Assembly: GCA_000002445.1 (NCBI GenBank)
Contig: AE017150.2
Span: forward strand, 512,001-576,000
Direction: 5' to 3'
Length of the DNA: 64,000 nt
DNA from: Trypanosoma brucei
Lineage: Eukaryota
The position numbers were made by a program, and so were the translations under genes. The first letter of the stretch is position 1. Each line of letters starts with the position of its first letter. This document shows positions 34,712 to 44,981 of this stretch, one piece after another. The notes under the pieces are model-generated. The model made no database searches. It worked only from the letters and a program-made list of their open reading frames with translations, and was not told the DNA's origin.

Positions 34712-35638
34712 ATGTTTACCTCGAGCGGTTGTAGCGGTACATGCTCTGGACCAACAAATGCACGGCGTTTGTACTTCATGTTGCGGGTTTGTGCTGCGCT
34801 TTTGTGGGTTCCGCATTGTGCCGCGTCATGGTGGGTTGCAAGCACCAATCAGGAGGTGCTTCATGTATTAATTTTTCATGTACTCGCCATTGCCTTGACG
34901 TATTACCTGGCGGTGTATAAATCCTGTGGGGATTATTTATTGATTGTATCATGGGCTATTGGTGTATTGAGCAGAAGCACTTGGGTAACACCTAAAGCAG
35001 GTGGTAGTGTTGTTATTCATCATAATGCAGCCCCTTCTGTGTTACATTTGAGTACTCAAAATAATAATTTTAGCGCTGCAGACGGCAGTCGTGATGTTAA
35101 TGGCGATGGCGATGTCAATGGTTTGATGGCCGCTGTTTCGGCCTTATCATCAACTGCGGAGGGTTCACGACTTTTATGGTTGGGGGTTTCCATGTTGAAT
35201 GGCATTATTGGAGGGGCTTTGTGCAAACTGAAGGATCTGGATGAGGACCGTTATTACCCAACACTTGATTTAGGAGCCAGGTTGTATGTTGTGGTTCCTT
35301 TCTGTACGGGGCAGTGGTTTTACTTCCTCTTACGCAATGGTTGGAGGGGAATCTTGTTGGAAAATCTTACAATTATTATTGTCCTTGCGATAGTGGGTTA
35401 CACCGTTTTGACTTACAAGTTATTAAAGAAACACACCCCACTGGCGCACGGTGATGTTATTGGTTGCTTCTGTGCGCTGTTGACAACATCGTTCGGTGTT
35501 GTGTTTGCTGCTGTGTTGGTTGGCAACATATTTTTCACTGTGCTGGTGATCCCGTTTCTTAAGTCACTTTTTTCGTTAAATGCACTCGTTAGTTCGCTAG
35601 GTATTGTGATGGAGATCATTGTGTATGAAATTATATAA
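34712..35638 (+). CDS. Multipass integral membrane protein (hypothetical; ~7 hydrophobic helices).
   Basis: The track ORF starts at a GTG inside the (GT)n tract. The first ATG, 'MFTSSGCSG...', is at 34712. The translation has many long hydrophobic segments: 'LRVCAALLWVPHCAASWWVA', 'LIFHVLAIALTYYLAVY', 'LLIVSWAIGVL', 'LWLGVSMLNGIIGGAL', 'LYVVVPFCTGQWFYFLL', 'IIIVLAIVGYTVLTY', 'VIGCFCALLTTSFGVVFAAVLVGNIFFTVLVIPFL'. The start codon is uncertain. Confidence 0.6.
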   Translation: MFTSSGCSGTCSGPTNARRLYFMLRVCAALLWVPHCAASWWVASTNQEVLHVLIFHVLAIALTYYLAVYKSCGDYLLIVSWAIGVLSRSTWVTPKAGGSVVIHHNAAPSVLHLSTQNNNFSAADGSRDVNGDGDVNGLMAAVSALSSTAEGSRLLWLGVSMLNGIIGGALCKLKDLDEDRYYPTLDLGARLYVVVPFCTGQWFYFLLRNGWRGILLENLTIIIVLAIVGYTVLTYKLLKKHTPLAHGDVIGCFCALLTTSFGVVFAAVLVGNIFFTVLVIPFLKSLFSLNALVSSLGIVMEIIVYEII

Positions 35639-35990
35639 CCAAATAACACAATTGCATAAGCGTCATGGGCGCTCTATATTTCTTTTTTTTCTTTTTTCTT
35701 TTTTCTTTTTGGGAATTGTGTTGTCGTTTTTGCGACAGTTCTGCAAGTCTGATGGAAACTGTTGTGTTGGGGTGGCTAACGAACTCTCATTGGTAGGCAT
35801 ACCGTTGGCTCAATCATGCAATAAAGAACAAAAAAATACACAAATTATTGGCGTTAAAATTGTTCCTGCTGAGCTGAAAAGAATCTTTTTTTTTTTTTTT
35901 GAATGGCTCGGTTACAGGCACACATCCCTTTTTTTAATTTCGACACCTCCCCCCTTTGTATGTTTGTTTGTTCGTTTAATGTTGTGTTTC

Positions 35991-36010
35991 TGTGTGTGTG
36001 TGTGTGTGTG
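35991..36010. repeat. (TG)10 microsatellite.
   Basis: Direct reading. Confidence 0.9.
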
Positions 36011-36112
36011 GCAATGGAAAGCAGCACCATATGCCTCTTTCTTCATTTCATTTCATTTCCTTTCCATTGGAATGGAAGTGTGTATATGTACATGTACATG
36101 CGCAAATGGGTG

Positions 36113-36138
36113 TTTTTTTTTTTTTTGGGGGGGGGGGG
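36113..36138. repeat. Homopolymer pair T14 G12.
   Basis: 'ttttttttttttttgggggggggggg'. Confidence 0.9.
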
Positions 36139-36824
36139 AGGCGTATGTGTGTTTTACTCAGTGGTGTGTGTTGGTTCTTCAATGAGGGAAGATGTGTTTA
36201 TGTGTTTGTGTTTATGTGTTTGTGTGTGTGTGTATGGAGGGAGGGAGCTCCATTTCCCAATTTGAATCTTCATTTACTTCATTGCGGCGCTCGTGTTTTG
36301 TTTTGCTTCTTTTCCCTTTCCTCTTATTTTTCTTCAACCTGCTTTTTTTTTCTTTTCAGAATAACTGTTAGATTTGATTGATTGCTTCCCCCACCTCGGG
36401 TTTATTTACAATTTGTCTACGTGCGTTTGTGCCTTATTTTCAACCCTCACTTCCTCCGGCTTGTGCCCTTCTTTTTTTTCCTCTTTCTTTACTTCTCTCT
36501 TTATTTCCTTTCCGTCTTGTTAATGTTTGCATTTGGCAGCAAGAGGTGTGGGCGGACACTTTAGGCCTTTCGTGCTGGCTTTTTCTTTTTCTTTTTCTTT
36601 TTGTGTGTGTGTGGGGGGCAAAATAACGGACAAAACCCTCCTTTGCATAAAATCTAACAGGTGCTGATTTCGGGAGGTAATTAGATTTTAGGAGATATCA
36701 ACCTGAAAAGGAAATAGGTGCAAAACTGGTTGGGCGTTTGCGTGTGTACTGAAGAGGAGCGTAAGCAGCTGTTCAGGCAGAATTTATAGAGTTTGACTGT
36801 AGTTTTGGACCGTTTTGTGCATCA

Positions 36825-37931
36825 ATGGTTCATTTTACTGTTTATTACGGCAACAATGAGGCGATTACCTTCAATGCGGAGTGTTCTTTGGGTTCTCTGC
36901 TGTGCAATATGCGAGAGCGGCTGATGCCACCGGGTGCGTCGTACCCATGCTTTGAGCTTCTTCCGCTTTCTTTTGTTCTGGAGCAGTTCAGGCCACCGAA
37001 GGTGGCGAATTCCGCTGCGGCTTCTGCCACTCAACATCATGATGGCGGCGGGGATTCGCCAGTTGTGACGGGGCGGGGCGCGCCCTTCACGGGGACTTTT
37101 CCATTCATGGGGGTACCCACTCGGCCACTCGAAACTCGTGCTGATACATTTCTCGGTGGTCCCACCTCCGGATCCCCAACGCCATCTTCAGCAGCTAGTG
37201 CAAGTAACGGCTTTGCCGGGTTGCTTAACCCTACAGCCCTTTCTTCACTGCATGAAAGCTATGTTCTTCTCGGTTGCCGCTCTGACCCACCAGCTTGGCA
37301 GCACTCGGAGCGTGGTGGTCAGCAGAACTCAAAACGTGGCGCAACGGTTAGTATTGCGGATGGACCTCCGGATTCAAGGCGCGTGCCTATTGAGGTGTTT
37401 AAACGTCTGGGCACTGCGGACGCAACAACGATGGAGCAACGGCAGACTACTCTTCAACACGCACAACTGATAGCTGCGCTACCGCTGCAGGGCGGTAATT
37501 CCGCAACACGAGCTCCAACGCCGCCGCCATCTCATCTGCAGACAAGTGCGGATACGCCACTGATATTGGCCCAAAACGCAGGAATATATGCGGGGGATAT
37601 CACCGTTGCGTCCTGGCGGAAGGCGTTCAGTCAATACCTTTCTACGATTTTAGAAGTTCCCTCCAGCGGCAGTGTTATGGAGGAGCGCTTGACGGTGACT
37701 GACAGCTGTGTAGAAGTTGAAGAAACAATGAAAGGGTCTGAAGAGGGGAAATGTGGAATAAAACTTCCTCCTGCAGCCGCTGGCGCCTTTATGACTCCTG
37801 TACCGTTAGTTACAGGTTATGACGTGCTATGGTGTGGTTTGCGTGGGGAGCATGTTAGATTACAGGAGGCGCTAGATGAGCGGCTATTTGCTGATGTGGA
37901 TACGAAACGGAAGCGGTCAAAAAAGAATTAG
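36825..37931 (+). CDS. Hypothetical protein (368 aa), no recognisable domain.
   Basis: The ATG at 36825 is preceded by a long pyrimidine-rich spacer (36400-36620). Normal-complexity ORF on the same strand as its neighbours. Confidence 0.65.
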   Translation: MVHFTVYYGNNEAITFNAECSLGSLLCNMRERLMPPGASYPCFELLPLSFVLEQFRPPKVANSAAASATQHHDGGGDSPVVTGRGAPFTGTFPFMGVPTRPLETRADTFLGGPTSGSPTPSSAASASNGFAGLLNPTALSSLHESYVLLGCRSDPPAWQHSERGGQQNSKRGATVSIADGPPDSRRVPIEVFKRLGTADATTMEQRQTTLQHAQLIAALPLQGGNSATRAPTPPPSHLQTSADTPLILAQNAGIYAGDITVASWRKAFSQYLSTILEVPSSGSVMEERLTVTDSCVEVEETMKGSEEGKCGIKLPPAAAGAFMTPVPLVTGYDVLWCGLRGEHVRLQEALDERLFADVDTKRKRSKKN

Positions 37932-38218
37932 AGATGGTGAAAGCGGACTAGAGACTGAAGCTGATGGGGATTGTGTTACTTCACCCGCTGACGTGCTTGT
38001 ATTTTGTAGCAGTGAGAAGGGGGAGTTGAATTATCCTCAACCATCTTTTTTGTTTTTGTTTGTTTCTGCAGCGGGGTAGCCGTGTGTGTGCACTGTGGCG
38101 GAGAAAGAAGTTTTTTTTTTCTTTGTTTTCCGCCCCCCCTTTTTTTTTTCAGCGTGTTGTATGATGTAAACTGCGGCTATACGCGGCATGTCCGCCAGCA
38201 TCAGTCCGTTGTTAAAAA

Positions 38219-38239
38219 GTGTGTGTGTGTGTGTGTGTG
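38219..38239. repeat. (GT)10 microsatellite.
   Basis: Direct reading. Confidence 0.9.
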
Positions 38240-39544
38240 GGAAATTTGTTTAACTGGTTGGTGATGTTGGTGCTCGTGATTCGCCTGTTCACGTCCGCAA
38301 TGTTGGCTTTTCATTTCACTTGCTCTCTCTCTTTTTCTCTTTTTCTCTTTCTGTGGATTGCAGGACAACTTCAAGTGGCGAAAACGAAAACAAACATGAG
38401 GTTATTGTGGGCAATTAAAAAAAGAAACGCGTAGGGAGTGAAGATAAAGGTGCTGATAAGTTTCTCCTTTTTTTTCCCCCCCCTTTCCTCCCCCCCTTTC
38501 TTTTCTCTTTATTTTATTTTATTACTCAGGGACTCAGCAGAGTCGATGGGATGTGGGTTTGTCCTTCTACACTCCGTGTTAGTCATTCACTGCTCATATG
38601 TGTGTTTGTGTGTTTGTTTTGAGCGAAGCGGAAGGTAACACAAATTCCTTACAAATTAGTACTTTTTTCTTTTTGTTAGTTTCTTGAGTGGAGAGGGAGG
38701 GAGGGAGGGGGCGAAAATTTCCGCTCAGTGGCTTCTCTTGACGAGACCGCCACCAGCGGCTTTGAAAAACAAAAAAAAAGAAAAGATGAAACAATTTGGT
38801 GTGATGCATTTTTGCATGAGTTGTTAGTGAGTGGTTGATGTATCTTTTTGGTTTGTGGTGCATTGTAAAGTATATATATATATATATATTCCATGGATTT
38901 TCCAGACGGAAATGTGTTGAAGTTTCTTTTTCTTTTTTTCCTTCGATGTTACAGGGTGAATATGTATGTGTATTTCTTCTATAACTAAGTTGTACCTTTT
39001 TTTCTTTTTGAAAAAAGGCAAAATAAACTGTTATTTGTTCTGCCGGCGGGTGTGTGAGAGGGAAGCGCCTTACGTGATGGGTGCTATCATACATTTCCTT
39101 TCTCCTCAATCACCGCCTTTGTGAAATGTTTATTCTTTTTCCCTTGCATATGTCTCCTTTGATGCCACAAATGTGTCTCCTGTTCTACTGATTTCATCAC
39201 ACCGCTCCTTTTCTTCTTCTTCTTCCGTTTTTTCCTTTTTCCTATTTATTTTCGTTGTTCTACTTTCCCTCTCCAAAAAATAAAATAAAATAACGTTTCA
39301 ACACAACACACGATACACAACAATTAGTAGTTTCGGTGGGACAAGAGCGCTGCCCCTACCTACCTATCCTTTCCTTACTTTAGTTGCTTGCGCCTTTTCC
39401 AACACACTTGTAGAGGTAGAGGCAGGCATCGACAAATTGTTTTATTATTATTATTATTATCATCATCATCATTAAAACATTTGTTGCTGCTGTTGTTTGT
39501 AATTTTATATATTTTGGAGGAGATCGGTCCCGCGTGCGAAGAAG

Positions 39545-40846
39545 ATGGCGGCGATGAGCGAGGAACATTTGGCCTTTATGCGCAGTATGGGGATTACTAC
39601 AGAGGATATATTGGATCCCCCTGCCCACGTCGGCTCAAAATCTCTTGAGAGGAGCGGCAGTAGTGGCCCCTCCTTGTTAGATAATTATCTCGATGCAGAC
39701 ATGTGCAAAACAACGAAAGCAGTTATTTTGCCCGCTAACGGGAGTCAATGTAAGAAGGACTCGTTCCTAAAGAAGGTATTCGCGCAGAATGATGGGCCGA
39801 AAGAAGCCGTTGCCAAACGGGCGCCACCTGAGCAACTAAAGGATGAGGGAAACAAAGCTTTTGAAGAAGGCCGGTACCGTGACGCACTATTAAGTTATTC
39901 TAACGGCATTGATGCCCTTCTGGAGTCAGACACTTTTGGACTGAAGGAGTATAAATCAAGAAATGTACATAACCAGCCTCACGTGGGTTACGGCGCTGGT
40001 GCCGGCCACTCCTCGAATTCAAGACGGGACGACCCTAAACTCATTTTACTTGCCGCGCTGTTTAGCAACCGTTCCGCCTGTTACCTTCAGGCTGCAAAAC
40101 AAATAGGGACGGAGGAGGCTTTTGAGTGCGCCCTGCGGGACGCGGACCGCGCGGTGGAACTTCGGCCGGTGTGGTTCAAGGGTTATTCACGCCAAGGTGA
40201 TGTTTTGTTTAAGATGAAGAAGTATAGCCAAGCAGTTGAGGCCTACGCCATGGCCCTTCAGTTTGATCCAGGAAATAACAACCTTCTTTATTCGTTACGG
40301 GAAGCAAGGCAACGATGCTGTTCCAAAGTTCAGGAAGACATAAGATTGAGCAAACAACCGGGTGGGGGTTCACCCGCCGCGGCCCCGCCACCACCGCCGC
40401 TGTACGATACCACGAAAGGTAATGGTGGTTGTGGTGCCTCTAATGTAAGGGAGGGTTCTATGGGACGGAGGGCTGGTGGTGAGCAACTGAAGTTAAATGC
40501 ACGCAAGCTGTGGAGTGAATTGAAACATGAGGTGGAGGCGAGCGTCAATCAACCCACTGGTGATAATTACCGATTAGAACAATTAAGGCTCTACAGAGAG
40601 CAGAAGGAGCGTGAGAAGAATGGCTGCTCCTCATCAGGAAGCAGAGATGGCCTTCACCATAACCATAATGGTTATGATAATGTCCCGCGCCGGAATGTAT
40701 CGAGTGGGGACACGAGCACATTTTGTGGGAAGGCATCATCCACGAAGTTGCGGCTCGGTGAGATTCCGCAGGAGTTCTCATCGGATGCGGCAGCGGCATA
40801 TCAACAGCGACTTCTCGAAGACTTCAGGCGGCGAAAGGCGCGGTAG
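39545..40846 (+). CDS. TPR-repeat protein (433 aa).
   Basis: ATG at 39545. TPR-like helices: 'PPEQLKDEGNKAFEEGRYRDALLSYSNGIDAL', 'LFSNRSACYLQAAKQIGTEEAFECALRDADRAVELRPVWFKGYSRQGDVLFKMKKYSQAVEAYAMALQFDPGNNNL'. The C-terminal half is Gly/Pro-rich. Confidence 0.8.
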   Translation: MAAMSEEHLAFMRSMGITTEDILDPPAHVGSKSLERSGSSGPSLLDNYLDADMCKTTKAVILPANGSQCKKDSFLKKVFAQNDGPKEAVAKRAPPEQLKDEGNKAFEEGRYRDALLSYSNGIDALLESDTFGLKEYKSRNVHNQPHVGYGAGAGHSSNSRRDDPKLILLAALFSNRSACYLQAAKQIGTEEAFECALRDADRAVELRPVWFKGYSRQGDVLFKMKKYSQAVEAYAMALQFDPGNNNLLYSLREARQRCCSKVQEDIRLSKQPGGGSPAAAPPPPPLYDTTKGNGGCGASNVREGSMGRRAGGEQLKLNARKLWSELKHEVEASVNQPTGDNYRLEQLRLYREQKEREKNGCSSSGSRDGLHHNHNGYDNVPRRNVSSGDTSTFCGKASSTKLRLGEIPQEFSSDAAAAYQQRLLEDFRRRKAR

Positions 40847-41560
40847 ACGTGGTTTTAAATTACTGCCAGTTAACCTCCGTTGTATATGAGCGTGCATGCG
40901 TATACGTGTACATGTATGTTTACACATATCTGTTGGTATAGTATGTACATATGATTAAGTGGTGCACAAAGATGTCGGTTTTCCTTCTTTCTTCAGTTTT
41001 ACTTTTACTTTTTTTTTTCCCCCCTCCCCCCTTCCCACCAACTGTTTTGTGTATTTGTTATATGTGGTAGCTGGCGGTGTGCGATTGCTTTGCGCATTAG
41101 AGTAGGGAAATGTAGGTATTTCTGTTTTTTGTTCCTGTTTATATTATATTATGTTTCTTTTTTTTTTTCTTAAATTTTCCTCCTTCCTCTCCCCTCCCAC
41201 CACCACTTTTTGCGGCATGCACACACCACGTATACGCAGGAAGGAATTTTATATGTGTTTATGCACTGTTTAGGTATCTAATCCTTCTTTCGGCTTTTGT
41301 TTTTGTTTGTTTCATTGGTTTTATTTTCTAGTATCTGCCCTATTTTTGTTCTTGTTTCTTTTTTTTTCTTTCACGTTTGTTTCAGGCGCATGTTTGTTGA
41401 CTGCTCTTGTGAGCTAACCTTTTTGGTGATGGTGGTGGTGGTGACCTTTTTTTTTTTTAAATCAAAAGTTGTTATTGTTATTGTTTGGATGAAGGAAGGA
41501 GGGAACAAGAACATGCGGTTGTGTGACTTGGTGCTTGGTTTGTTAATGGGAAGGGGGGAT

Positions 41561-41605
41561 GAAAACAAAACAAAACAAAACAGAACGGAACAAAACAAAA
41601 CTAAA
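41561..41605. repeat. (AAAAC)n pentanucleotide repeat, ~4 perfect units then degenerate.
   Basis: 'gaaaacaaaacaaaacaaaacagaacggaacaaaacaaaactaaac'. Similar (AAAAC)n runs occur near 27700, 29262 and 53640. Confidence 0.85.
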
Positions 41606-42105
41606 CTGTTTTTGATAATATTAATGATAATTCGTCCTCTTCCTTTTGTTTCCTTCGCTTCACCTGACTTCCTTTTTTTTTTCTTCTTCTTCTTTGTTTC
41701 ACCTTCTCTTTAATCGTCAGTCATTATTGACGCGGGAGAAACCCCTCTTTACTTTCCTCTTGTTGTTGTTGTTGTCGATTTCTCCCTGTTTCCGCATGTG
41801 TGTGTGTGTTTGGGTTTATTTCACTCTTTAACAACTCGGTGGTCAGTTCCATCACTTTTTTTTTCTTAGGTTTCTTTTTCTGTTCGTTTTTTTCATCCCT
41901 TCTTTCTGTTTTTGTTGGTCCTACCTTTATTTCTTTTTCTTTTTTTCCCCACTTTCTCTTCCTTTCTTTATTCATATTAACATAAATTATATGTAATATC
42001 GCTTGGCGGTGGGTTCATCTTCACTAATGCCCATGCGTGTACGTATATACGTATATATATGTATACATATATTTGAGAAATCGAGAGACAGTATTTTTAT
42101 ATTGG

Positions 42106-42648
42106 ATGAGTGAAGAAGAACTCTTGTATTACACTTGCATTAAAAACACGCTTCATGCCGCGTTATGTATTGGAAACTACCCATCACGAACCGTAGAGCG
42201 GCACAATAAACCTGAAGTGGAAGTGAGTGGTTGTGCAGAGGGAGATAATGAGGGCAAATCACCGGAGTTGCTTCTCAACCGCCTCCACATCAGTCGTTCT
42301 GAACAGGAGAGATGTCTTATTGAAGCAAGTATAAATAGTGTACGCATTTCATTCGCTTTCCCTAAGATGGATCCTCTGGCGGAACTCATTGCGAGGAAAT
42401 ACGTTAGTTTCTTAGCTCAACGGGGCCAACAGTTCCGAATACTGCGCAAAAAGCCCATCGCGGGTTATGATATTAGTTTCCTCATTACTCACGAGGAGGT
42501 GGAGGTGATACCTCGCAGCAAAATTATTGAATTTGTGATTACATTTTTGATGGAAATGGACAAAGATATTACATTACTGAAGATTAATGCTAATGAACGC
42601 GCACGACGGGCAGCAAGACAGTTCTTTCAAGCCTTATCGACTAACTGA
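42106..42648 (+). CDS. ARPC4: ARP2/3 complex 20-kDa subunit (ARPC4/p20-Arc) orthologue.
   Basis: The track ORF starts at a GTG (42037). The first ATG at 42106 gives 'MSEEELLYYTCIKNTLHAALCIGNYPSRTVERHNKPEVEV...LIEASINSVRISFA...FRILRKKPIAGYDISFLITHEEV...IIEFVITFLMEMDKDITLLKINANERARRAARQF'. This aligns motif for motif with metazoan ARPC4: 'QAALCLENF..VERHNKPEVEV', 'LIEGSINSVRVS', 'FILRRKPVEGYDISFLIT', '[27 protein letters not shown]'. One internal insertion is present. Confidence 0.85.
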   Translation: MSEEELLYYTCIKNTLHAALCIGNYPSRTVERHNKPEVEVSGCAEGDNEGKSPELLLNRLHISRSEQERCLIEASINSVRISFAFPKMDPLAELIARKYVSFLAQRGQQFRILRKKPIAGYDISFLITHEEVEVIPRSKIIEFVITFLMEMDKDITLLKINANERARRAARQFFQALSTN

Positions 42649-42916
42649 AGCGTTATATCGGGGTTCGTGTAGCCCACATGAATCGCACGCGGGGGCGGAT
42701 GATGTTGTTTTTGCTCTACCATTTCTAATGAAACCACAAGGCTGGTCATCATACCCATTTCTTCCTTTTCTTTCTTTCTCTTCTTTTACTTTTTCTCCCC
42801 TTCTTCCCAACAGTTGGCCCATTGCTTTTTGTGAAATCTTTCCCCCCCTTTTGGCCCATTCCCCATTTAAATTTTCGTCTGCTTCATATCTGTCTCTTTT
42901 TTTTTTTTCCTTTTTG

Positions 42917-42960
42917 GTGTGTGTGTGTGTGTGGATGAGTGGTTGAGTGGTTGAGTGGTT
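42917..42960. repeat. (GT)8 followed by (GAGTGGTT)3 octamer tandem repeat.
   Basis: 'gtgtgtgtgtgtgtgtg gat gagtggtt gagtggtt gagtggtt gagggttga'. Confidence 0.9.
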
Positions 42961-43026
42961 GAGGGTTGATCTTCGGCGTCATCTTTTTCTTTTTATGTTA
43001 CGTATTTTGTTTCGTGGAGCGGTTTC

Positions 43027-44244
43027 ATGGTCTCCACGCGAAGAATAGCCGAATACAAATCAACAGCAACATGCAATTGCCTTCTTTCTGGCGGTATATC
43101 TGGCGGTTGGGGACAATTTGATGTGGTGGTGGGCTGTTATGAACTTTCAGAAGGTTCAGATTCATCATCATCGCATCAACATCAACATCAAAATGGGGAA
43201 AGCAATATTCACGTGGGTTCACTCACCGGTCTTATGTGTGAAAGGCGTGAGGCAAACCAAAACGACACCAACTTTGTGTTGCGGGAGCGTACCGACGGCG
43301 CCTTTAAACTCCCATCAGCATCATCACTTCCAGGTATTTTTGACCTCACTTATTCCAACAATAACAACTGCTTGATGGCGAGCTGCACAGATGGCGCGTT
43401 ATGGGTTCTGGAGTTACGGGATGCCGCCGTTCATGAGAGTGTTTTTCCAGTTTTTGACACGATGTTAACGAGCTGCAGCCCATTTAATAGTGAAACGGGG
43501 GACCAGAATAAATGGTTCTGCACAGCACATAAAGGTGATGTAGCATTATATGATGCTGGAATGAAGAGAATTATAAGGAGATTGGATGGACATGAATATG
43601 ACGCCTGGTGTTCAGCCACAACAGGCGCTGAGACTGGTGTCAGTGGTGGTGATGATGGTTTGCTCCGTTGGCATGATGTACGGATGGGTGGTAAGTCCAC
43701 GGTGGCTAAAATGCAATTTGATGCGGGTGTTGTCAGTATATCGCCAATTAGCACATGTGGCACATCCGCTACGACATATTCCCTCGTTGGTTCATATGAT
43801 GAGCATTTATACCTTGTGGATTTGCGGTCGGCGAAGCGGCCACTTTCTTCTGTTCATCTTGGCGGTGGCGTGTGGCGGTGCTCGAGACAGTTACTGGAAG
43901 AGAAACTTACGCCCGAAGCTAAAAAAGCGATGAATTACTACCGTTGGGTGCAGGAGTGTAATGCACTCGCCATTCCCGTTATGCAAAACGGAGTGGCATT
44001 AGTTCGTTATGACATTACATCGAATGCTGAGGGAAATTTCACGTTGTTGGGTCATTTACAAAGTAGTGCTGGTTCCGCTGCAAGTGATGAGGAATTGCCA
44101 AATAACGCCCTATTTTATGATTGCGCTGTCCTTCCTGGTAATATTTGTAGTGACGCGGTTACTGGGGATGTTATTGGGAGAACTATCGCTGCCTGTGATT
44201 TTTACAACAGAACAGTTTCATTATGGAATATTAATGATGTTTGA
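43027..44244 (+). CDS. WD40-like beta-propeller repeat protein (405 aa), hypothetical.
   Basis: ATG at 43027. Repeat-like segments containing W-D/W-H and S-x-S/G-S-Y-D signatures: 'CTDGALWVLELRD', 'LLRWHDVRMGG', 'SLVGSYDEHLYLVDLRS', 'TVSLWNINDV'. Assignment to a specific family is not possible by eye. Confidence 0.7.
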   Translation: MVSTRRIAEYKSTATCNCLLSGGISGGWGQFDVVVGCYELSEGSDSSSSHQHQHQNGESNIHVGSLTGLMCERREANQNDTNFVLRERTDGAFKLPSASSLPGIFDLTYSNNNNCLMASCTDGALWVLELRDAAVHESVFPVFDTMLTSCSPFNSETGDQNKWFCTAHKGDVALYDAGMKRIIRRLDGHEYDAWCSATTGAETGVSGGDDGLLRWHDVRMGGKSTVAKMQFDAGVVSISPISTCGTSATTYSLVGSYDEHLYLVDLRSAKRPLSSVHLGGGVWRCSRQLLEEKLTPEAKKAMNYYRWVQECNALAIPVMQNGVALVRYDITSNAEGNFTLLGHLQSSAGSAASDEELPNNALFYDCAVLPGNICSDAVTGDVIGRTIAACDFYNRTVSLWNINDV

Positions 44245-44981
44245 GGTAGCGCATGTACTGAATGTATTGTGCGATCGTGTCACTATCGTTGGAAAGGTCC
44301 AAACACGTTTCCCGACCTTTTTGTAAAAGCTGTAGTTCATTCATTCCTTTGATCGTTATTGTTATTATTATTATTATTTATATTTTCTCTTGCATTGTTG
44401 GGTACACCTTTCTCCTTCTTTATGCTTTCTTTCTTTCTTTTTTTTTTTTGAACATAGACTGCATATTCACCTTAGCGTGAGCGGTTCATTTTTCGCCCGT
44501 GAGGTGTTTGTTTTTTCTTTCCCCTCCTTTTAGTTCTGAACCCGCCTTACACACCGTTACTGTGTGTTTTTGTTTGTGTTGGCGTGTGAGCTAAGAGCTT
44601 AAAGTCAGCGCAGCGGTGTGAAGAAACCACACACACAAAAAAAAAGAGTAAAAAAGCGCGCACAGAAAGCGAAAAAAAAAAAGAAACAATATAAATAATA
44701 ATAATAATAACAATTGAGGGAGTGAAACAGAGGGAAGGTGAAATCGTTTTTGTGGCACATAAAAAGGGGTTGTGTGGCTGCACGGGTAACGTGTATGCGT
44801 GTGGCACATAGGTAGGCGATAGCAAATACATATATATTTATATATATACATATACAAAAAAAATTCATATATATATTTATATATATAGTGTGGGGAAAGA
44901 AACGAAGAAAGAAGAAAAGAGAAACAGTCAGTTTCTTTATTTTCGTTAAGTTTGAGTTGAGTGGTTAGGTTGATATTAGTA

